A stretch of 64,000 nt of DNA from the human T2T-CHM13v2.0 reference genome, Homo sapiens, in assembly GCF_009914755.1 (NCBI RefSeq), contig NC_060928.1; one strand, 5' to 3'. This document shows positions 51,761 through 64,000 of the stretch, one piece after another. The notes below the pieces were generated by a model. That model made no database searches. It saw only the letters and a list, made by a program, of their open reading frames with translations, and was not told the origin of the DNA. A program made the position numbers and the translations under genes. Position 1 is the stretch's first letter; each line of letters begins with the position of its first letter.

Positions 51761-54047
51761 AACAGCATCAGGGGTGTTTTCCTTTTGTGTCTCTGCCTGA
51801 GCTGCTCTGCTTCATGGCCTCTGGGGAAGAGGCCAGAAAGGGAAACTGGAAGGCCCTGGGGGTTTTAGTTTTTTGAGCTGACACAGCTGCCTGTTGGGCC
51901 TCTGGAGAGGTCAGGAGGGCTGCAGGGCGGGGGTGTCCACACCACTAGCCCGAGAGGCTGCGGGGCAGGGACGTCCACACTGTTAGCCCGAGAGGCCGTA
52001 GGGCAGGGGCATTTGGTCTGCAGCTCCTGGGATGTCTTGGTTACCCCAAAACAAAACTGCCCATTGACCTGGTTGAGTGGGTGCCCAACTCCCCTCAGGG
52101 GTGCCATAGGTGACACAGTACTTCTGCGAAAAGTTTGAGGGAGGGAAGGGTCTTCCGGAAAGAGGGAGGATCTTGTGGGCAGCACCGAGGCCTGGGAAGG
52201 CATTGCTGAGTCCTCCTGTGGGGCGGGGGGAGGCGGGGCTGGCAGGGAAGTTTGACGCCAGAGGCTGGCACAGGCTGTAGGTTGGAGGCAGGGAGACGGT
52301 ACTCACTACTGTAGGTACTAGGGAGACACTGAGGGTTGTTGAGCAGGGGGAGGGCTGTGCCTCAGCGGAGCAGGGCTGGGTGCAGGTCTGGTCTTGTGTG
52401 TTAATGCTAGTAGTTTTCCAGCTGTGCTCCCCTGAGTCCTTTGGGTGCCCCTGAGCAAAGAAGGATGTGGGGAAACCATGGAGAATTCCCCCATGGTCCC
52501 CATTCCCCAAACCAAGCAGCCTGACGTTCATGCTTCACTCCTACATAGCCCTTTCAGGTTAGACTTCATTTTGGACAAAACTTCCTGCTGCTTAAAACTT
52601 GTTAAACACCTTTGCCTAATGAGATTGATGTGGGATGATCTCGCTTTCATTTATTTGCTCATCAAACTTGACCTGAGTGTCCTTTCTCTAGGGCCTAGGC
52701 TGGACAGGAGACTCAGGTGACCGAGACAAGGTCCCAGCCAGGAGGAGCCCACTGTCCTGTGGGACAGCCTGGGGCTCAGGCCACCCCAAGGGGGTCCCGG
52801 GCACCATAGCGGGAGCAGTGGTGGTGTCCCCAGGGGTCAGGGGAGTCTTCTTGGTGGAGGCAATGCTTAATGGAGCCCTAAGGAATGAGCAGAAGTTGGC
52901 CTTTGGGACCAGGAGAAAAGGGTATAACTGGCTGTGGGACCATGTGTGCAAAGGCTTCTCTGCTGGCTGCGGGGACTGGGCTTGGGCCTGGTGGAGTGTG
53001 GGGGCCGGCAGGGGGTGCATGGAGGGGTCAGAGAGAAGCCTGCTGGGCTCCTAAGGCGCGTGGCAAAGGCCACGTCCTCCCTGATATTGCTCCCCTGGGC
53101 TGGGGGCACACTCTTCTGTGTGCGCAAAGGTGTGGCCCTGAGGGGTGCAGTGAAGACCGTGTGGCTTTGGACTCACCCAGCCACACAGAGCTCAGATCCG
53201 AGCCCTCCCTGCCCCACCATGGGACGCTGGCGAGTCTCTCCACCCTTCTCCGAGTCTCTGTTTCCTCAACTATAGAAGAGGGAGGATCCTTTGCACCCCT
53301 AAGTATTGCTATGGAGAAGGCATCTCTCCCAACCCCAAGCATATGGCAGGCCTTGTACTAGGGAGACATGAGGTGGGGGTCAGGCACAGAAAGGCGGTGG
53401 TGTTGAGGCTGCAGGCTTGAGCCCAGCTGCTGAGTTTGAGCCCCTGTCTGGCTCAGTTTCCTTATCTGTAAAATGGGCTTTACCATTCAGTTCCTCTCTC
53501 CCAGGTGGACGTGAGAGTTGAATAAGGTGACACCCATGATGGCCGGGCCCCATGGTGGTTAGTGAAGCCCATGATGATGATGCCACGATGCCTGGCCCCG
53601 GGAAGTGAGGCAGCCGCCTCTCAGAGCTCTGAATTCCCCGGGCATCTGTCCTGGCCCAGCCTGGGGTGTCCAGGCCACTGGTCTCTCTGGTCTCAGAGTG
53701 CTCAGGAGGACTTCCCAGCATGGCCTCAAGTGTCCCATCTCCAGACAAGCCTCTCCATGGCCAGCCCTGCTCCCATCACCCTCTGGGATGTCGCCTGGTT
53801 GGGTTCAGGAGCCTTGAGGGTCCTGTGAAGCCAGCCTGGTCACATTGAGGGCATTAGCCAGGGCCATCCACTTTGGGGAGAAGTACCCGGGCAGGTGGCT
53901 TCTGCCCCCAGTTGGTAAGGAGGGAGAGAGGCAAGGAGCAGCTGGGAGCATTGGCAGAGTGGGTGGTGGGGGAGACCACGTCCTTCATGTCATCCAGGGC
54001 CACCCCTGCAGAGCCCAGTGGCCCTGAGCATCCAATCTGGTAGGCGA

Positions 54048-54141
54048 GGGGCATTTAGGGTGACTGAGCTGCTGCCGGGGCCTGGCGCTCCTCTACCTTG
54101 TCAGGTGACCCAGCAGTCCCCACTCCCCCTGCATGGTGCCC
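54048..54141 (+). ncRNA. MIR4274: microRNA 4274 precursor (variant allele)
   Basis: GGGGCATTTAGGGTGACTGAGCTGCTG...CAGCAGTCCCCACTCCCCCTGCATGGTGCCC. The ends pair (GGGCA/TGCCC; CTGCTG/CAGCAG), and the sequence matches my recollection of the annotated hairpin and mature CAGCAGUCCCUCCCCCUG except for a 3-nt insertion. Confidence 0.8.
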
Positions 54142-54805
54142 AGTGCTATTTGAGGGTCTGAGCCAGCCAATGGGTTGAGAGTACCCCCGCTCCCCACCCA
54201 GCGTGCCAGCAAGTAGAATCCTGGGCGGGCCCAAGGGAAATGAGGCAGTGGTACCTTGGGGTCCTCACACTGAGCGATGCCATGCCCTAAGCCCCAGAGG
54301 ACATGGTCCCCGATGCTGCCATCTTTCTGATGGGGCCCACCTGGGCACTAACCTGCCAACCCCAGTCGGTGGCCAACGCAGCTTCCACGGGCCCCTGCAC
54401 ACTTCTAAGGTCCAGACATTCGGGGTGCCAGACTCCCCCAGCTTCAGAACAGCTCGGTGGTCAAAAGGCAGCCTGGAGTTGCAGCCTCAGTGAATTCCAA
54501 CGTACCCCCACAGCTTTCCCAAGCCCACCTTGCGCCATTGTGTCTAGAGCCGCTCCAAGGCCCTCTGGCCGCTTAGACCCCATGGTGCATTTCCATGACT
54601 GGAGTGGCATCCGTGTCTGTGGGAACAGCTGCAGGCATGTCGGAATTGCATGCCGAGAGCTGTGTAATCGAGATTTGGTGACATTAGTTTCTTGTAGGTG
54701 GGAATGTGGAGGGAAAGGGAATAGGACCTGGCTGGATATTCAGCTCTTGGGAGTAACTCAACACGCTCCCTAATCCTGGGTGTCCCATGAGGTCACTTTT
54801 CAGCG

Positions 54806-54815
54806 GTCACGTGAC
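54806..54815. promoter_or_regulatory. Perfect GTCACGTGAC palindrome (CLEAR / MiT-TFE / USF E-box)
   Basis: Exact match to the CLEAR consensus; function untested. Confidence 0.4.
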
Positions 54816-55921
54816 AGCTCGATGTTGCATTTTCACATCTGTGGCCGTGACCCTGCCGTGAACTCACAGTCGCCTCCTGAAGCCTGGGCCGTGCATTGGC
54901 TACACACGGCCAAGCTCGCAGCTTGAATTTTTCATGGGACCACACTCAACACAGGCACCCGGTTTCCATCGAGGATTTCATTTCTCCCCCCTCTCTTTCC
55001 ATCATCCTCGTGCTGCTCCTTGCCACCTGCTGCCCGGGGAGTGTCAGAAATGCCAGGCTGCAGGCAGACCTGAAGCTTGCTGGAAGCTTCTTCAAGATGC
55101 CCTGCCACAAACATCAGAGGACATTAGAGAGGAGGCCATGTCAGGACTGAGGATGCGGTGATTCGATCAGTGATGAGCTCTCTCCCCAAATTAAATTATT
55201 CATTCATTTCCTGGTCCTTAATAAAATAATTACTGCCTTCGCTCTTTCCCTCTGCCGTCACAGGACTTGCTTCCATCTCTGAACGTGAAAGATGCTGTGG
55301 GGGCGTCTGCAGCCCCTGGAGCTGGAGCCCCCGCCCTCCTTCCCCTCTGCCTTTATCTTCCTCCCCCAAAGTCCCGCCTCACCAGCAGGGGGATGGCCGA
55401 GCTTCCAGCTTGACCTCTGGGCTGTCAGCCTGGCCGCGCCAAGGCCGCCTCTGCATGGTGGCTGCACACTGCGTGTGATCAGTGGGGAAACCTGTAGCAC
55501 CCCCGCGAGCAACATGTGTACATGGACTCACGCCGCACTGTGCTGGGATTTTCATGCACGTGACAAAATCACATCCCACACAGAAAATTTCCAAGGACAT
55601 GATGAGAAATGAAGTGGCACTGTAGCATGTTTGCATGATCCGAGGAGCGTAGCAGCAGCCTCGCTGCTGGGGTGACAGAGAAAACCCAGTGAGGAGCTCT
55701 CTCCCCGGCCCTTCCACGGTCTGCAGCCATCCTCAGGATATAGCCCAGAGGCTTGGACAGGGCGTTCTGGGTGCCTCACCTCTGACCCCTTCTTAGCTCC
55801 CCAACCCCTGCTGCCCAAAATATGGCCTGGGAACCCACACATGAAGCCCCGCCCCACATCTGCCCACCTGTCATCTGCATATTAACAAGACCCCTGGAGC
55901 TTCCAGGCACACCTGGGAGGT

Positions 55922-55980
55922 GCTGTCCCGCAGGCTTCAGTGCCTCTGCTGTCCTGCAGGCTTCAGTGCCTCTGCTGTCC
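55922..55980. repeat. 26-bp tandem duplication
   Basis: GCTGTCCYGCAGGCTTCAGTGCCTCT twice, plus a partial copy. Confidence 0.9.
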
Positions 55981-57084
55981 CACGGCAGCTGGACACAGCT
56001 GGCATCTGAAAGGCACCGCATCAGGCTCACCTGTCTCTGTGCCCAAAGTTCTAAGGAATTAATGGAACTGTCAAGAGAAGCCACAGTGCAAGTGAGTGTC
56101 AGGGAGAGGATGCCCAGAGAGCCACCCAGAGTGCCTTGGAGCCCGGCCTGTGTGCTTCGCTCTTCCCTGGGCTCCGAGGTGGGGAGACGAGCTGACATTT
56201 GTTAAGGCTGTGCTGGGCGCCAGCTCTCCTGCCCGGTGCTTCACGCAGGGACAGGTGGATGGGGAGACTTTGGAGTCAGCCTGGGACTTTAATCCCAAAT
56301 CTCTCACCTGTGAGCGGGAGATGTGAGCAAATCACGTACCTTCATGAGCCTCAGCTTGTTCATCTATGTAATGGGGCAAAGGGCAGCACGAAGGATCTAA
56401 AGACGGGCTTCGGGAGGCTGGGAGTGGGACTAAGAACTTTGGCCTTTGTTTTATGCTTTTTATAAGCCTATCAGTAGGCCAGGGGTCCCTGATGTGCAGA
56501 AGCCCAGATAAAAGCAGGCAGTGCCCTCAGTGTACTCCAGAGACGTTGGCTCTAAAGCCTGGATTCCTCCCCTCCTGGTGCACCTGGAGGTGACTCACAG
56601 TCCAAGCATGCGTGGCACTGTCATCTGTTTCCAGAGTGCCCTCTGCTGTCAGAGTGACCTTTTCCAGGGATGGAGCCTCTTGTTCATCCTGGCGACCTCA
56701 GTCCCTGGCTCTGGGTCTGGCACGCAGGAGGAGCTAAGTGAATAAAGGAGGCCAGCTGGGCCCCAGCCCCTGTGCACGGAAGAAGCCGGTGCACACTTGC
56801 AGAGTGAATGAATAACAACAGCACGTTGTGAGCACTCACTATCTGCTGTCACGGTGCACTCGCCAGAGGGAGCGCTCACAACATGCTATTATCATTTCCC
56901 AGTGAGTTCCAAAAAACAAATAAAGAAATGAGCCACTCTTGCCAATTCCCCATCCCGTGTGCCAGGCTTGCCAATATGGGGACTGAGGAGTGCCTGTTTG
57001 AGATCACTAGCCACCACACCTCCCTGGTCTCTGCCACCGTATCTCAGCTCCCAGTGTGACAACAGCCCCACAAAGGCCCCTCCA

Positions 57085-57485
57085 GTTCAGTGTTCTTGTT
57101 ATCATCCTCATTGTACAGGTGAGGAAACTGAGTCACTGTCTAGAGCCTAGGGATAAAGGGGCAGTGGGCCAGGGAGCCTGGCCCCAAAGCCTGGTGCTGA
57201 CCACTCTGTTGAGAAGCCTCCTGAATGAATGACTGCGGGATTAAGAGGGGGCACTGCTGGATTTGGTCCATGTTATAGGATTTGCTGCACAGCCCGTTAC
57301 TCAGAAAATGGGGCTGTGGTATCAGACCCGGCTTTGAAACTGGACATAGTCCAGCTGTGTGACCTTGGGGATAGGAAGGGAATGGTTATTTGACTTCCCT
57401 GAAGCTTCACTCACATATTCTGAAAAGGGGATTTAAAAAGGAGACTCCAGCGCATAGTAGGTACTTAGTAAATGTTTCCTTCCCA
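57085..57485. mobile_element. Two MIR fragments in opposite orientations
   Basis: ttatcatcctcattgtacaggtgaggaaactgag (57099-57132) and gctgtgtgaccttggg...catattctgaaaagggga...catagtaggtacttagtaaatgtt. Confidence 0.55.
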
Positions 57486-58029
57486 GAGTGGAGGTGTGAG
57501 TTTTATTTGTTGAAAATCCCTGGGGGTGGGGGTGCAGAAGCTCTCGACTCCAGGGCCTCCAGGAACAGACCCCTATCCTTGGAAAAGGCCTTATCCTTCT
57601 CCACGTCTCTGTTAAAACAATCAACGCTGGAGGCTGGCAAAGCAATTTGCTGCTTAACTTTAGTGGAAAAATAAGATCAGTGATTTGTGCTTGCTGAATT
57701 TGGAAATAGTAGGGAGGAAAGTTGGGCGGGCTTGGGGAGACGGTGGTGCCACTCTCCTGCACCGCTCTGGAGCACCACGCCGTGCATACTAACGGCCCTG
57801 ATTAGTGTTTCAGCAGGAGCCCTGCGCCGCCTACATACTGATGCGTGCCGGACTGGTGTGGAATTGGTTTCCCAGCTGTCACACTGGGAACCAAGATACA
57901 GTAGCAGAGACTGGGGAGGTGCGGAGGCTGGTGATTTCAAACAGGCACCCCTGAGTCCCCACACTGATGAGTCTGGGACGTTGGATCGAGAATTGGCACG
58001 AGTGGCTCCTCTCCTTATTTGGTTTTTGG

Positions 58030-58610
58030 AACTGACTGTGAACCCAAGTATTCATTAACTCATTCAGTCAGGAAGCGTGTGTTGAGCTTCTACACTGGGC
58101 TGGCAGTGAGCTAAGAGCTGGATGCCGCAGTGGACTGAACACACCTGGTCAGCCTGGAACTTTCCACTGTAGAGGAACAAAATGGGCCAGGCAGCTTCAC
58201 CATCAGGCGATGTCACAGTGCTGGGATTCAACCTGCAGAACCCACCCAACTACCCATGAGTGAGCCCCTAACTCTAGCTGGAGAAGCCAGTAGAAGTCTC
58301 CATGGAGGTGGAACAGGTGGGCTCTTTTGTGATGGACATTGAGGGATGAATAGAAGTTCACCAGGGGGAAAAAGAATGCACTCTAGGAGAGGCTGCCCGA
58401 GCTCTGGATGCCCTGAGGGAGGGGCTGTGGTCTATTCAGGGAAAAGGGAGCCGCAGCCTGTGGAGGGCTGGTGGGAGCGGTGGTTGGCAGATGCAGGGCC
58501 TGGAATGCCACACTAACTAGCTTGGACTGAGCCCCGAGGGGAAGCGTGCTGCAGAGGGATTTGCAGCAGAGAAGGGCTATGTGGTTAGGTTTGTAGTCTA
58601 GAACGGTGTG
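58030..58610 (-). mobile_element. Diverged L2 fragment
   Basis: ttcattaactcattcagtcagg...gttgagcttctacactgggc; gacattgagggatgaatagaagttcaccagg; gcagggcctggaatgccacactaa. Confidence 0.55.
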
Positions 58611-60139
58611 TGTTGCATCAAGAATGGATTATTTTAGGGTGAGAGTTTGTACCCATTCAAAGGTAGGACTAGGGGCTGCTGTACTTTTGGGGATCCCAAA
58701 AAATGGTGTACTCTGACCATTTCCATTGGGATCAATGACAAATAAAAAACAGAAAGCTCACCCTGAATTTCCTCCATAGTCCAGACTTTCTGAACTTCCG
58801 GCACTATGGAATGTACTTGTTTGTGCTGGGCATCGGGATAGTGCCTAGCACAGAGGAGGGGCCCGAGAAATGCAGATGGGGAAGGGGAGAGGTGGGCGAT
58901 GCTGCCTTCCTTCTAAAAGCCGGCGCCTCCGGCCATGGGTCCCGGCAGCACAGCCCGGCCTCCACGGCGGCTCCTCGCTGCAGCCTGAGGCCACGTGGTG
59001 TCCTGACCTTTGCCCTAAGTGCTGGGGGTTCTGCCCAGGTTATGTCACCTCTCTAGAAAATGAGGATGACAAAGCACCCCCCTTGCAGGGTTTTTGTGGT
59101 GAAGTGAGGACAGTATTAGCTTCTCATGGGTGAATGACACCCGGGGCCGCTGGGCGAAAGAAGGCCCAGGATGCTCTGCTGGGGCCAGGGGATGGGTGCG
59201 GACCAGGCAGCCCCGAGCAGGAGGCCTCTGCTCCATGGCAACATTCTCCTGCATTTAGCCCTCAGGAGCTGCCAGGACATGAATATTTAATCTCAGCGGT
59301 TGCCATTTGTCTTTGCACTGTTAATACTACTTTTCCTTTTTAATTTAGCAGAAGGGCACACATCTTGCGAGTTTCTTTATATGTAAAATATGTGGTATTC
59401 GGGCTTTATCCAAGCTGCTGTGGGAGCTGGCTGGGAGGGGAGGGTGAGTGGGCTTTTCCCGGTGGCTGGAGGTGACAGGCTTCCCTGTGCAAGGCGCCAG
59501 GGTGGGCACAGGCGCTGTGAGGAGCCAGGAGCTGGAGCCATCTCCTTTCTGCTGTTTTTGGTGTTTATAGTAATGTGTGTCCCCCTCTCCAGGGGCTTGT
59601 GCTGGAGATATGCGTGCACTTTTCTTTTAAGTTCGTTTTTTCTCCTTTATAAAGATACGTAGACATTCTAGAACATGTAGAAAATATTGAAAAGAAAATT
59701 CATACATGGTCCTACTCACCAAGGACAATAAGGCTTCCCCGCTTCTAATAGTTACACATGTACAAGAGGTTGATATGTAATCTCCATCAAGATGGTGAAT
59801 AGAACGCAAGCCCAGACAAAGGCATGGCTTATTAGCCACTGCTGTTTTTTAGTGGGGGGCTAAGTGTTTACAGGAGTAAACCATGATGACCCTGGGAGGT
59901 GGGTTCTCTCATCATTCCCGTTTTGCAGATGAGGAAACAGAGGTGCAGACAGGCCAAGGATCCATGCAAGGCAGAAGGCCTGGGGCAGGGGCAGGGCCAG
60001 GGTGGGAACCCAGGGCTCCAGGTTGATAGAAATTTTTTATTAATTGCCCCAAATCTCACAGCTCGAAGACTATTGCTATCCACATCATGGGTATTCATTT
60101 ATCCAGATTTTTTCCACACAAAGGGATATGAATGTGCAA

Positions 60140-60540
60140 GCATTCTCTGAGTGGTTTCTGCTGGAACAAACGTCCCCAAACCAAAAGGTGTTTCCTGGTC
60201 TTGTCTCAGTCTGATGAGAACTTCAGGGCAGGTGGGGGTGAGAGTACATCTGGTTCACGCCCCTGCAGTCAATCAGGGGCCCAGGCTCCTGCCTCCTTGT
60301 GGCTCTGCCCTCCTCCAGATCTAGGAGACAAGGAGAGGCTGGCGGGATTCCACGGGGGAGGGTGTTATGGGCTGGTCCACCATGGCACCCAGGACTCTGC
60401 CCACATTCCGCTGGCCAGAGCTCAGTCACATGGCCACGCCCCACTCAGAGGAGGCTGGGAAATGTGGTCTTGGTATGGGGGCAGGGGGTGCATGGAGAGA
60501 AGCAGTTTAATGAGCCAGTTCTGGAGACTGTGTCATCTCT
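60140..60540 (-). mobile_element. Old MaLR LTR fragment (MLT1K/L-like)
   Basis: tcaggggcccaggctcc...ctctgcccacattccgctggccagagctcagtcacatggccac...ggaggctgggaaatgtggtct. Confidence 0.6.
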
Positions 60541-62929
60541 AACACAGGCACACACTCACCTGGCCTCACGTCCATACCCCATTCTCCCTCTGGCTGCAGT
60601 GGAAACCCATGGAAAGGGGCAGCCTGGAAACACGGGGTCCTGTAGGAGGTGGGCACCTTGGCCCAGGCGGTAGCTGGTGAGGACTGAGCCCGGGGAGCAG
60701 GGAATACAGGTGGGAGGCAGAACCAGTGGGTGGCCCACTACATACAGGGTGTGGAAGACGGCAAATCCAGGCAGACTCCCAGCTTTCTGGCTGGGCGATT
60801 CCCTAAGTGGTTCCAGAATCGGCCCAGGGGTGCTGGGAGGCATAGGCACTTGGGAGGTCCTGGAACCTGGTTGGACGCTGTCACTTGACCTCTATTTGCC
60901 ATGTGCTTGGACAGGGCTGGGATGGAAATGGACCTAAATGCCAGGGGAGGCACCCTGCTGCCTTTCTCTTTGGAGATGGGTGGGGCTTGTATGTATGCAG
61001 GTGGCTCAGTGGCTCTGTGGCTCTTTGGCTTGGAGCACACAGCCCACACAGAGGCAGAGTGTTTGGAGGGAAGACACTGAAGCATTGTGTGGTTTTGTCT
61101 CAGCATCTAAAGCTCCCACCACGGTCCAGCCTGGCGTCCCCCCAGGCGTTTGGCAGCTGCAGTTTTCCTGGCCAGAGCATGCCACAAGTGGTCCCCTGGA
61201 TGTCCAGGAGGCAGCAAGGCCTGTGTGCTGCTGTTGGAAGCTGCCAGACATGGGCGAATGACGTGTCATCCACAGCCCCCACGCTGCTGCCTTTGTCCGT
61301 ATCCACTGTGGCCAGGACAGCAGCAGAGAGTGGAAGGGTCCCTAGGGCTCCCACTCAGATCTGCTGTCCTTTCTTCTTGGGGCCCTGGGATGAGGAGCTC
61401 ACCCTGGGGCCTTCGGTTGGCCTCTGGGTTGGGTGATCAAGGAGGTGGCGACTGCCAGGTCACCTTGTCCTCACAGCTCTCATCATCACTCTGGCCTCCG
61501 AGTCAAGTGACATCTCATTCATAAGGTGACAGAAGTCAGAGGGCGGCTGGGCTGGAGCCACCCAGCTCCTGAGTGTGGGCCTGGGCAGTCTATGCCACTT
61601 GGAGGCTGCCTGCTGCTCACAGCTCAGCGGGGCCTGCACTAAGCTTCAGAGGCCTCCTGAATCTTGAAGGAGCCAGGGCTCCGGCTCCCTCAGCCCTAGG
61701 CTCCAGTCCCAGCTCTGGCCTCTGGGGGAGATGCCACCCAGCTCTTGGTCTCAGCGGCCACTGCCACAAAATGAGGGGCTGCATTCCAAAGTACTCTTTA
61801 GCCCTGGCTGCTGTGGCTCCCGGAGCCGGTCCCCGCACAAGGGTTCCTCTGCAGCTTTCCTGGGTGCTTTTCTACATCTCAGGAATTTGTTCTGCTGGTG
61901 TGTCCCTGGGAGGCTCAAGCCCCTTGGCCTCTTTATCACAGGAGATAGCTGCCAGGTTGGGTTTGAGTGGGCTCCTGCCCAAGGGGCTGGCTCTGTCCTC
62001 CTGGCTTCAGAAGCAAGATCTGTACCTTTCTGCCCCATGGAGCCACACCGAGGTATGAGGATGGCAGCGGGTTCTCCCTCAGTGCCCCCAGCTCCCGCAT
62101 CTGTTTCCATCTCAACTGTCCCCTGCAAGGCACAGTTGTTCTCTGCCCCTACATCACTCTGCCACCCTCTTCTGAGCAGGCTCTGGTTCTCCTTGTTCCC
62201 CCTAAGTACTGATTACAAGGCTTCTGTGTGAATAGCCCCAGGTCTAAGTGGGACTCCACCGTCCTCCTTCCAGGTATGGAGCTACCACTATTAACATCGT
62301 CATGGGTCGCAACCTTGTTGATGGTGACTGAGTCGTGCAGCACCCGAAGCCTCGTATGCATGGCTGTCACTCAGCTGCTCCCATCCCCCTCACGCTATGT
62401 CTCCATCCTCGCAGTACTCATGGGATCAGCCCAGGGCCTGGAACATGGCAGTTGCCTGGGACTATCTATTTGAGAAGAATACACTGAAAAAAGATGTGTG
62501 CATAGCGTCGAGGATGGGGGTTACTTTCCTTCTGTGTAACAGCCAAGAAGCCTCATGGTTCTGGGTGCAGTGGGGGCACTTGGAAAGGTTTGTTGAATGC
62601 ATCAACGCGTAGAGTGAATGAATGAGTGCTCTTGTGCTTTCACAGTGCAACAGCAAGGCCTGGCATGGCGCTTCACCCAGCTTCATCTTGATCACTTGAA
62701 AGGCACTCTCTAGTCCCAGCTGCTTATTTTGGATCCTAACCATCTCTTCCATCTGTTGACAGATTCTTATTGTCAGCATTGTTTGGGGGAGATTAGGTTT
62801 TTGAAAGGTGAGGATGCTCTCTGACATTCGGGGGTTTGGGTCTGGACGTTGCATTTGATCTTCCCCTTCCTATCCAAAACGCCGTATCTGTTGTCAGGCA
62901 GCTCTGTGTTTCTCTCCCTGCTCCACATC

Positions 62930-63090
62930 TGGTGGCCGTGTGACCTTGGACAAGTCACTTAACCTCTCTGAACTGCAATGTGCTCATTTGTAAAATAGGA
63001 AAAATGAACAGCACTACTCTGAAGAGTTGTTGTGAGGGTAGAAATGAGGAACACTCCTAAAGTGCTTCACACAGAGCCTGACAAGGAGTT
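62930..63090. mobile_element. MIR
   Basis: gtgtgaccttggacaagtcacttaacctctctgaac...ctcatttgtaaaatagga...gagttgttgtgaggg...aaagtgctt. Confidence 0.8.
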
Positions 63091-63115
63091 AAGACATGAT
63101 GGTTATTATAGTGAG

Positions 63116-63330
63116 GCTGGCGGTGATGGTGGTGGTGGTGATGGTGCTGATAGTGGTCATGGTGGTGATGATGATGATGGTGGTGATGGTCCTGGTGATG
63201 GTGGTGATGTCGATGATGGTGGTGGTGGTGATGATGCTGTTGATGGCGGTGGTGATAGTGATGATGGTGATGGAGGTGATGGTAATGGTGGTGTTGGTGA
63301 TGATGATGATGATGATGATGACAATGATGT
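63116..63330. repeat. (GGT/GAT)n trinucleotide low-complexity repeat
   Basis: ggtgatggtggtggtgatgat... ending in (GAT)7. Confidence 0.95.
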
Positions 63331-63669
63331 ACCTCATAGCAAGGGACTGGAAAATAGAACGCAGAGACAGTGCTCACAAAAGTTCTTTCTCCCCGAAATT
63401 CAGTGCTTTGGGAATGCATTGGTTGCTTCTGTGCAAACCCTAATCCTAAGCTGTGGTTGGAATGTGCGGTTCATGTATCTTCCCTCAGGCTCCCTGGCAG
63501 GTTAAGAGCAGGAGGTGATGTATCAGAACCTCCAAAAGGAGCCCTGTTTATCCAGGCAGAGCCTGCTCTCAAAATGCCTGCCTGAGTCTGTAGCTTCCTT
63601 CCAGCCCCACTGAGGCTTCCAAGTCTCTTGCCAACAGATCCCCAGTCCTAGCTGCACATGAGTCTCCTG

Positions 63670-63804
63670 GGCAGGCCTACAGATTATGAAGCCTGGACCC
63701 TGCCTCCAGAGATTCTGATTAAATTGGGTTGGAGTGGAGCTCCTGTGTCTGCTTAAAAAGCTCCCCAGGTGATTCCAATCTGCAGCCAAGGCTGAGAACC
63801 CCTG
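63670..63804. mobile_element. MER5-like hAT-Charlie DNA transposon fragment
   Basis: ccagagattctgattaaattggg...aagctccccaggtgattccaatctgcagccaaggctgagaacccctg. Confidence 0.75.
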
Positions 63805-64000
63805 CAAAGAATTTCTTTCCTTCTCATTGCAGGGCTGTTTAAAAACAATCACTGCCTGGCATCTCATGGGGAGGCGAACAGGCTTCTGAGATCAGTGGCA
63901 CAGAGAGTGGGCTCCTCAGTTTGTCATCAGAGACAGGAAGACAATTGTTATCAAACAATGGGTCTTCATGCTCAGCACTCTTAAAAAGAAAGAAGAGTGG

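Noticed and set aside
59315-59352. Splice-acceptor-like tract (TTAAT..CTTTTCCTTTTTAATTTAGCAG) as a possible SORCS2 exon
   Set aside because: No VPS10-like coding sequence or convincing donor site follows; such motifs are common in introns.
63032-63505. Poly-His, Gly/Asp and Met/Val ORFs
   Set aside because: Translations of the (GGT/GAT)n repeat.

Overview
This window is primate (human-type) genomic DNA, not prokaryotic. It is GC-rich and dense in repeats (Alu, L1, L2, MIR, MaLR/ERV LTRs, VNTRs). The only protein-coding gene I can support is the intronless prosaposin-like gene PSAPL1 (minus strand, 26938-28503, 521 aa), with a compact TATA/GC-box/AP-1/KLF/GATA promoter and a probable long 3'UTR. 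I also recognise the MIR4274 hairpin (54048-54141), apparently a 3-nt insertion allele. From memory both genes lie in a large SORCS2 intron at 4p16.1, and I see no SORCS2 exon here. The rest is transposon relics and several large minisatellites, and nearly all other ORFs in the track are repeat- or GC-driven artefacts. I found no clearly new biological system. The best leads are: a prosaposin paralogue nested in a VPS10P-family receptor gene; a 3.1-kb GGGTCA array apparently seeded at an LTR junction; a 70-bp VNTR with paired T-box/MEIS motifs; a perfect CLEAR palindrome; an intact LTR6-like solo LTR; and a young 115-bp dispersed duplication. Repeat subfamily names and many boundaries were assigned by eye and are approximate.
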